A stretch of 55,167 bases of DNA from Bacteroidota bacterium. Its GTDB lineage: Bacteria; Bacteroidota; Bacteroidia; Bacteroidales; JAIFNL01. Positions 48,921 to 55,167 of the stretch are shown here, piece by piece. The notes under the pieces are model-generated. The model did no database searches and had not been told where the DNA came from. It worked only from the letters and a program-made list of their open reading frames with translations. Position numbers and translations under genes: made by a program. Each line of letters opens with the position of its first letter. The stretch's first letter is position 1. Location of the stretch: contig JAIFNL010000003.1 of assembly GCA_020047755.1 (NCBI GenBank), forward strand, positions 1 to 55,167. Direction: 5' to 3'.

Positions 48921-50174
48921 TTATTTCTTTTGAATATCATAAACCATTACTGCGGTTGCATGCCGAACATAAAGTTTTCCGTTATCTATCACTAAATGAG
49001 CCCAAAAAGGACCTTTGCCTAAAGGAACTTTAAACGAACTTACTACTTTAAATTCTTCGGGTTTTGCTTCTATAAGCCCAATGTTTCCTCGCTTTTCGTC
49101 AAGACAATAGAGCATTCCTTCGGCAGAAATTATAGAACCTTTATTTTCCCATTTTTCTTCGTACATTACTTTTCCGCTGTCCCACTCCAAGCAAGTCCAA
49201 TTTCCCATTCCATTGTTTAACCAATTAGCTCCATAAATATATTCACCGATGCGAACAACGCCTCCATGATGCACATCGAGAGTGGAATCTACCCACATAA
49301 GTGATACATTATCAGCCTTTTCGCTTAATTTTAGTTTCACGCTTTTGTGGTTGTATCCGCTAGTGATAAAAAGCTCGCCTTTGTAATAAATAGGCGTATT
49401 TGCTTGAACAGCAGCCTTCCAATCGCCCAAATATGCAACATATTTGCTAAAATTGAAAGTCCATAAAATTTTACCGTCGGAAGGTTGAATTCCAAAAATG
49501 TAATCCTCGGTAGCTGAAACAATTTGCTTTATATTGTTGTGAATAACTAACTTGGGCGAAATATAAGAAGGTTTGTCTTTTAAACTTTCCGATTTCCAAA
49601 TTAAATTACCGGTTAATTTATTCAAAGCAATCATTGTTGTTTGTTCGCCACCCGGCAAAAAGAAAACTTTATCTTCATCTATTAAAAGTGATTCGGAAAT
49701 GCCCCATTCGCCAAAAGTTCCTCCAAACTCTTCACTTGCTTTTTTTTCCCAGATTATTTTTCCATTATCGGAATTAATGCAAGCCAAATCGCCTTTGCCA
49801 CTTGAAACGTAAATACGATTTCCTTCGATAGTGGGGGTTGCTCTACTATCTGAAAATGAGTCAGTCCAGCCACGCCCAAAGGTAGTTTGCCAGCGAATTT
49901 TACCATTCTCGTCTAAAGCCACCAAAACGTCCATCGTATCTTTAAGTCCTGTTACATAGGCTTTTCCATTTGCAACGGCAACAGAGGAATAACCTGTTGG
50001 TAACGAGTCAATTGACCAAATTAAGTTAGGTCCATTTTCTGGCCAAACTTTTAATAAATTTGTTTCGCGTGTATATACGCCTGTTCTGTCAATTCCACGC
50101 CATTCGCTTATTACCTGGGCAGAAACAGTAGAAAAAAGAACTAGAAATGCGAAACTGAAGGCAGATTTGAATAT
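48921..50174 (-). CDS. Exported BamB/PQQ-like beta-propeller protein (start codon unresolved)
   Basis: The ORF track starts at 49934, but the frame is open up to TAA 50187-50189. The extension encodes a signal peptide plus SEWRGIDRTG...LLKVWPENGP, matching the neighbouring paralog. No ATG/GTG/TTG occurs in it; ATA at 50174 is used provisionally. Confidence 0.8.
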   Translation of the reverse strand: MFKSAFSFAFLVLFSTVSAQVISEWRGIDRTGVYTRETNLLKVWPENGPNLIWSIDSLPTGYSSVAVANGKAYVTGLKDTMDVLVALDENGKIRWQTTFGRGWTDSFSDSRATPTIEGNRIYVSSGKGDLACINSDNGKIIWEKKASEEFGGTFGEWGISESLLIDEDKVFFLPGGEQTTMIALNKLTGNLIWKSESLKDKPSYISPKLVIHNNIKQIVSATEDYIFGIQPSDGKILWTFNFSKYVAYLGDWKAAVQANTPIYYKGELFITSGYNHKSVKLKLSEKADNVSLMWVDSTLDVHHGGVVRIGEYIYGANWLNNGMGNWTCLEWDSGKVMYEEKWENKGSIISAEGMLYCLDEKRGNIGLIEAKPEEFKVVSSFKVPLGKGPFWAHLVIDNGKLYVRHATAVMVYDIQKK

Positions 50175-50203
50175 TAATTTGAGAGTTTAAAATACAAAAA
50201 AAA

Positions 50204-51487
50204 TTATTTTTTTGCAATATCATAAACCATAAGTGCAGTTCCATGTCTGATGTACAAACGTTTATTGTGAATAACACTATGTGCCCAGTGCTGCTTTTCG
50301 CCATAAGGAACTTTAAATGAGCTAATTAAATTATATTTATCGGCTAAAGGTTCAACTAAAGCTACCACGCCAGCTTCGTCGTAGCAATAAAGCATTCCGT
50401 CTGCAAAAATGATATTTCCAATTTTTAGCATTTTCGATGCGAAGAGTTGCTTTCCTGTATTCCAATCCAAGGCATACCATTTTTTATTGAAATCGCCTGA
50501 GCCATAGATAATTCCATTGTGTAATACAACTCCTCCCATTTTATTGTCCAGTGAGTCATTTCGCCAAACTTCGGTAACTGATTTTGCGTCGGTCGCAAGT
50601 TTTAGCATTACTCCACCTTTTCCGTAACCACTTACACAATAGAGCATTCCATCTTTAAATAGAGGAGTATTTGCATGAACGGAATATTTATTGGGGTGAG
50701 AAAAATCCCATAATATTTTACCACTTTCTACGTCAAGACCTATTATAAACGTTTGAGTCATAGTTATTAATACTTTTTGACCGCCATATTCTATTATTAA
50801 GGGCGAATTATAGGCGCTAATTTCGCCTTTCCCCGTACTTTTCCAAATAACTTTTCCGGTATTTTTATCAAAAGCAACGATATTTGCATCTTCGCCTCCT
50901 ACCGTACAAAATAATTTATTTCCATCAGCAACAAGGTTTTCTGTCATTCCCCATTTTGTATTTCTGGCACCAAAATCTTGAATTAAATCTACGCTCCAAA
51001 GTTTGTTGCCTGTTTTTGAATCCATGGCAACTAAAATGCCTTTTGCACTCAAAATGAATAACTTATCGCCATCTATTAGTGGTGCTGAGCGAACGCCTTC
51101 GTAGCTATCGAGCCATTCTTTGGCGTATATTTTTTTCCAGATTATATTTCCAGAATGGTCAAATGCAATGATAAAGCCATCTTGAGTTTGTGCATCTGTT
51201 CCGGCAGCATAAACGAAATTGTTTGTTACAGCAACTGCTGCATGACCATCACCAAGCCCAAGGTATTTCCATGCCAGTTCGGGACCTGCGTCATTCCATT
51301 TTTTTAACAGCCCTGAATCTTTATACTTGCCATCGCGATTAACCCCTCGCCATTGAGAAGTTTGCGTAGCATCAAAATTAGCTAAAGAAGCATTAGATGC
51401 TTCCATTTCGGTCAGATTACCACTTGATTGAGAATTGCAATTTGTGATGAACACAAATAACATGAGTATAGAAATAATATTTTTCAT
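50204..51487 (-). CDS. BamB/PQQ-like beta-propeller lipoprotein, first gene of the leftward operon
   Basis: Lipobox-like ITNC, SQWRGVNRDG, LLKKWNDAGP, TG.KLW blades and terminal WAHSVI..RLYIRHG. Confidence 0.88.
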   Translation of the reverse strand: MKNIISILMLFVFITNCNSQSSGNLTEMEASNASLANFDATQTSQWRGVNRDGKYKDSGLLKKWNDAGPELAWKYLGLGDGHAAVAVTNNFVYAAGTDAQTQDGFIIAFDHSGNIIWKKIYAKEWLDSYEGVRSAPLIDGDKLFILSAKGILVAMDSKTGNKLWSVDLIQDFGARNTKWGMTENLVADGNKLFCTVGGEDANIVAFDKNTGKVIWKSTGKGEISAYNSPLIIEYGGQKVLITMTQTFIIGLDVESGKILWDFSHPNKYSVHANTPLFKDGMLYCVSGYGKGGVMLKLATDAKSVTEVWRNDSLDNKMGGVVLHNGIIYGSGDFNKKWYALDWNTGKQLFASKMLKIGNIIFADGMLYCYDEAGVVALVEPLADKYNLISSFKVPYGEKQHWAHSVIHNKRLYIRHGTALMVYDIAKK

Positions 51488-51533
51488 ATAAAATTATATC
51501 ATTAAATTGAATACAGATACACTAGAAACTGCT

Positions 51534-51541
51534 CAAAAATA
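51534..51541 (-). promoter_or_regulatory. Bacteroidota -7 promoter element for the leftward propeller/Fe-S operon
   Basis: TATTTTTG on the minus strand, about 47 bp upstream of ATG 51487. Confidence 0.5.
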
Positions 51542-52028
51542 GTAAAAAAATCTTTTTCAATGCTATTTTGCTAAAATAGATTGATTCTAAATTATGTTTA
51601 TGGAATAAGTTTTGTGTTTTAAACTTATATTTTATAGTTTAAATACCTGATAATGAATATTTAATATTTTTTTGCGAATAATTCATTTCTTGTTCGTATT
51701 TATTAAATTTATTCTTAAAAATAATTTTGAAATTCTGTTTTATTCGTTCTATTTTTTTATGCATTAATATATAAAGCATTGTTTACCAGTTTTTTTTAAG
51801 AATATTTTATCTCTTTTGCGATGATGCGTTTCTTTTTTTTTATGAATTGATGAAGTTTTGGTCTAAAAATAAATTTGAAGTATTGGTTAATAAATAAATT
51901 GTCATTAAATTTGAATTTTAAAAGAAAGTTATTAATTTTTTAATATTTTGAAATATTTTATTGATTAAAATAAAAATTTTAAGGTATTTTTTATAGTTTC
52001 AAATGGTTCGATTTTTCAAACGTAGAAA

Positions 52029-53591
52029 ATGATAAAATTAAGAATTGATAAGCAGAATATAGAGGTTGAAAAAGGGAAAACTGTTTTAAAAGCTGCGCAA
52101 CAATTAGGAATTAAAATTCCAACTATGTGTTTTTTAGAAGGGTATTCAAATCACCCTTCGTGTATGCTTTGTGTTGTGAAAGATGTAAAAACCGGAAAAC
52201 TTTTTCCTTCTTGTGCTATGCCTGCGCAAGAGAATATGGATATTATTACATTTGATGAAGAAATTGAAATTGCACGTCGTGAAGCTTTGGAACTACTTTT
52301 AAGCGACCATGTTGGCGATTGCGAGGCACCTTGCAGACCTTCATGTCCTGCTTTTATGAATATTCCTAAAATGAACCGTTTGATTGCATCGGGAAATTTT
52401 GCTTTAGCACACAAAACGGTGAAAGAACATATTGCTTTGCCCCTTGTATTGGGCTATATTTGCCCTGCTCCTTGCGAAAAAGCTTGCCGACGAACGCAAA
52501 TCGACGATGCTGTTTCTATTTGCCAATTGAAAAAGACGGTAGCTATTGATGATTTTCAAAATAATCATTCTTTTTTGCCAGAAAAGAAAAAGAAATCAGG
52601 TAAAAAAATTGCTGTTATTGGTTCGGGACCGGCAGGATTAGCATCTGCTTTTTATATTTTGGCAGAAGGGCATGAATGCGATGTTTATGATAAAAACGAA
52701 AAAATAGGTGGAGCGCTAGCTTATGAAGTTCTTGAAAACCAATTACCTGCCGATGTATTATTACAAGAAGTGGAGTTAATTAAAAAATACGGTGCTAAGT
52801 TTATTTTGAATACTGAAATTGATAAAAATCGGTTTGAAAAGGAATTAATACCGAACTATGATGCAATAATTTTAGCAACAGGCGATTATTTTGGCTCTAA
52901 AATTGAAAATTTTGGGTTAGAAGAGAGCAAAAATGGAATTTTAGTTAATAAAAACAATTATGCAACTCAAAAAAAAGGCGTTTTTGCTTGTGGTAACATA
53001 GTTCGCTCGCGCCGAATGTCTGTTAATGCTGTTGCACAAGGCAGGATTGCCGCATTTTCGGCAAGTAAATTTGTAAATTCAGAAGATTTTACTCAGCCAG
53101 AGCGAATGTTTAATTCTAAGTTTGGGAAATTGAGAGAAGCTGAAATTGTTCAATATCAGAAAGAAGCGATAACTGACGCACGCCAAAAAACAGAAAATGG
53201 AAAACTTGGAAATTTAACTTTTGAGCAGGCTGTTATTGAAGCAAAGCGTTGCCTCCATTGTGATTGTAGGAAAGCTGACGATTGCAAATTGCGCATTTTT
53301 TCAGACCAATACAATGCAAGCCAAGCAAAATTTGCTTTTATCGAGCGCAAATCGCTGAAAAAATACTTTGAGCATGAACTGATTATTTACGAACCAGAGA
53401 AATGCATTCGTTGCAATTTGTGTGTTGATATTGCTCAAAAAGATGGCGAAAAAATAGGCTTAAGCTCAGTGAAACGTGGTTTTAGAGTCGAAATAAGCGT
53501 TCCTTTTGATAAAAATATGACACAAGCATTACAAATAGTTGCAATAAAATGCGCCAACGCTTGTCCGACAGGAGCTTTGTCTGTAAAATAG
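52029..53591 (+). CDS. NuoG/HydA-N-like 2Fe-2S plus GltD-like FAD/Fe-S plus 4Fe-4S oxidoreductase
   Basis: IPTMC...SCMLC...PSC (2Fe-2S); HVGDCEAPCRPSCP and ICPAPCEKAC (GltD-type clusters); IGSGPAG FAD motif; EAKRCLHCDC; CIRCNLC...CANACPTGAL. Confidence 0.88.
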   Translation: MIKLRIDKQNIEVEKGKTVLKAAQQLGIKIPTMCFLEGYSNHPSCMLCVVKDVKTGKLFPSCAMPAQENMDIITFDEEIEIARREALELLLSDHVGDCEAPCRPSCPAFMNIPKMNRLIASGNFALAHKTVKEHIALPLVLGYICPAPCEKACRRTQIDDAVSICQLKKTVAIDDFQNNHSFLPEKKKKSGKKIAVIGSGPAGLASAFYILAEGHECDVYDKNEKIGGALAYEVLENQLPADVLLQEVELIKKYGAKFILNTEIDKNRFEKELIPNYDAIILATGDYFGSKIENFGLEESKNGILVNKNNYATQKKGVFACGNIVRSRRMSVNAVAQGRIAAFSASKFVNSEDFTQPERMFNSKFGKLREAEIVQYQKEAITDARQKTENGKLGNLTFEQAVIEAKRCLHCDCRKADDCKLRIFSDQYNASQAKFAFIERKSLKKYFEHELIIYEPEKCIRCNLCVDIAQKDGEKIGLSSVKRGFRVEISVPFDKNMTQALQIVAIKCANACPTGALSVK

Positions 53592-53640
53592 TTTATATTT
53601 CTATATTTCAGATACTTATTTTTAATTCTTAAAGAAAATA

Positions 53641-53862
53641 CTAGAATAAACCATTGAATTTTCTTTTTTTCCAATCGTCAATGATTTGTTTTACTTCATT
53701 TTTTCCAATTTCAAAAACCGAAGTTAGCCTGTCGAGGTTTAATTCGCTAGATATGAGGAGAATAATGTGAGCTTTTTTACGAGTTTCGATATTTTTACTT
53801 GTACGCATTATGTGGTACAAATTTTCTTTTTCAACTTTTTTTAGTTTTATTGAGGCTTCCAT
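53641..53862 (-). CDS. Small helix-turn-helix protein resembling the N-terminal HTH of IS630-family transposases
   Basis: RKKAHIILL...V..I...W.K..FNGL pattern; 73 aa; own TAATTTTG promoter box on the minus strand at about 53913-53920. Confidence 0.6.
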   Translation of the reverse strand: MEASIKLKKVEKENLYHIMRTSKNIETRKKAHIILLISSELNLDRLTSVFEIGKNEVKQIIDDWKKRKFNGLF

Positions 53863-53979
53863 GACTTTTAGGTTTTAATTGTTAGTACTAAGTTTTATTC
53901 CTTTATTTGTAGCAAAATTACCCTCTTTTTTTACAATATACATCTGGTAATTTACTTAAAGAATCTTTTTCCTTTAATT

Positions 53980-53995
53980 TAGGTACTTTTACCTA
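53980..53995. promoter_or_regulatory. Palindromic operator-like site
   Basis: TAGGTA-CTTT-TACCTA in the divergent intergenic region, with a weaker copy (CTGGTAATTTACTTA) at about 53944-53958. Confidence 0.4.
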
Positions 53996-54172
53996 TTTTT
54001 TTTTTGAAGAGAAATTTGTTTGTTGTTATTTTTGCTATATTTAAGAAGGTCTTTAGTATTTTAAAATTTGGAGATGTTTTTTTAGAAAAAAAAGATACTT
54101 TTGTTTTTTAAAACTCTTTGCCATTTCTTTGTTTTTTTTACTACATTTTATACTTTAAAATTTAATTTTATA

Positions 54173-55167
54173 ATGAAAACTATAGTTGCTTTTATATTAT
54201 TTTATCTCTTTTCTGTGCCTCTTTTTGCACAAAGTAATACTTGTTGGCCCTCGTTTCGAGGGAATGTAGCATTGACTGGAAAAACGAGAGTTAATTTACC
54301 TGAAAACTTAAAATTATTATGGACGTATAAAACAGGAGATATTATTAAATCTTCGCCTATTTTTTGCGGAAAAAGTATTTTTGTAGGCTCCAACAATGGT
54401 TTTGTTTTTTCTATTTCTGCAAAAGGTAAATTGAATTGGAAATTTAAAGCAGCGAGTTCAGTGGAAGCGCCACCTTTGTATTTGCATGATATTGTGTATA
54501 TTAGCTCAAACAGTGGAATGCTTTATGCTTTAGATGCAAAAACAGGCAGCTTGAAATGGAAATATGAAACCGAGGGACAAATTTTAGGTTCAGCAAGTTG
54601 GACTTTTACCAAAGACTTGAAGAAAAAACTCATTTTGGTAGGAAGTTATGATTTTTATCTTCATGCTGTTGATTCAGAAACGGGTAAAGTCGTTTGGAAA
54701 TATGAAACTGATAATTTTATAAATGGAGCACCTGCTACTAGCGAAACTGCTGCAATTTTTGGTGGTTGCGACGGTTTTTTGCATTTGGTTAATTTAGAAA
54801 ATGGGAAAAAACAAAATAAAATAGAAATTGGAACTTACATTGCTTCTTCACCTGCCTATGAATTGGGAAAAGCCTATTTTGGAAATTACGATGGTGGTTT
54901 TTATTGCTTAGACTTGGGCTCTAAAAAAACGCTATGGAAGTACGAAGGAGCTGGCGGTTTTATTGGCTCACCGGCTATTGGTGATAATGAAATTGTCATA
55001 GGTTCGCAGGATAAAAATTTGTATTGTTTTGATAAAAAAACAGGTAAATTGAATTGGAAATTTCCAAGCTTAAAAAAAATTGATGCTTCGCCTATTATTG
55101 CCGGAAATAAAGTAGTACTCGCTTCTAAAGATGGAAGAGTTTATTTGCTTGATTTAAAGACTGGTAA
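54173..55167 (+). CDS. Exported BamB/PQQ-like beta-propeller protein (partial, runs off right edge)
   Basis: Not in the ORF track because there is no stop. Reads MKTIVAFILFYLFSVPLFAQSNTCWPSFRGN...LLWTYKTGDIIKSSP...YALDAKTGSLKWKY...GGCDGFLH... and stays open to the end. Confidence 0.9.
   Translation, partial: MKTIVAFILFYLFSVPLFAQSNTCWPSFRGNVALTGKTRVNLPENLKLLWTYKTGDIIKSSPIFCGKSIFVGSNNGFVFSISAKGKLNWKFKAASSVEAPPLYLHDIVYISSNSGMLYALDAKTGSLKWKYETEGQILGSASWTFTKDLKKKLILVGSYDFYLHAVDSETGKVVWKYETDNFINGAPATSETAAIFGGCDGFLHLVNLENGKKQNKIEIGTYIASSPAYELGKAYFGNYDGGFYCLDLGSKKTLWKYEGAGGFIGSPAIGDNEIVIGSQDKNLYCFDKKTGKLNWKFPSLKKIDASPIIAGNKVVLASKDGRVYLLDLKTG

Noticed and set aside
41894-51487. Calling the propellers PQQ-dependent dehydrogenases or BamB
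   Set aside because: Only the blade repeats are recognisable. I cannot see quinoprotein active-site motifs, pqq genes or bam context.
52029-53591. [FeFe]-hydrogenase, formate dehydrogenase or glutamate synthase small subunit
   Set aside because: No H-cluster or molybdopterin domain, no gltB nearby, and the NADPH-binding domain appears absent.
53641-53862. Intact IS630 insertion sequence
   Set aside because: No DDE catalytic domain or terminal inverted repeats were detected.
1093-54396. Numerous 60-125 aa antisense or alternate-frame ORFs in the track (e.g. 1093-1461, 3217-3588, 18846-19223, 40617-40919, 54202-54396)
   Set aside because: They overlap well-supported genes, lack motifs and are best explained as shadow ORFs.

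Overview
A low-GC chromosomal window from a Bacteroidota organism, probably Bacteroidales-like and anaerobic. The assignment rests on TAnnTTTG -7 promoter boxes, gldG, T9SS genes and Bacteroidota-type alaS/dnaN. The first 39.4 kb is mostly housekeeping and envelope genes: a USP, DUF1460 amidase, family-6 DNA glycosylase, SpoIIE phosphatase, ABC ATPase, gldG, L,D-transpeptidase, two M23 peptidases, alaS, DUF5687, dnaN, a dnaQ-like exonuclease, 2-hydroxyacid dehydrogenase, PPK2, PNP, T9SS plug and substrate, HupE/UreJ, ggt and a metallophosphoesterase. It also holds an LRR-Roc-COR (Roco) GTPase with an EAD11-like tail. From 39.5 kb to the right edge lies the main candidate for an undescribed system, a divergently transcribed cluster. 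It combines five exported or membrane-anchored BamB/PQQ-like beta-propellers and an NHL propeller with a GCCNP motif. It also carries a twin-arginine mini Fe-S peptide, a NapG/NapH-like ferredoxin plus membrane Fe-S pair, and a cytoplasmic HydBC(NuoEF)-type fusion with a NuoG-N/GltD hybrid partner. No hydrogenase, formate dehydrogenase or terminal reductase catalytic subunit is visible. Three short deletions in conserved motifs and one missing start codon fall in this cluster and could be decay or assembly error. No rRNA, tRNA, CRISPR array or intact mobile element was recognised. All family calls come from motif recognition by eye, not database searches.
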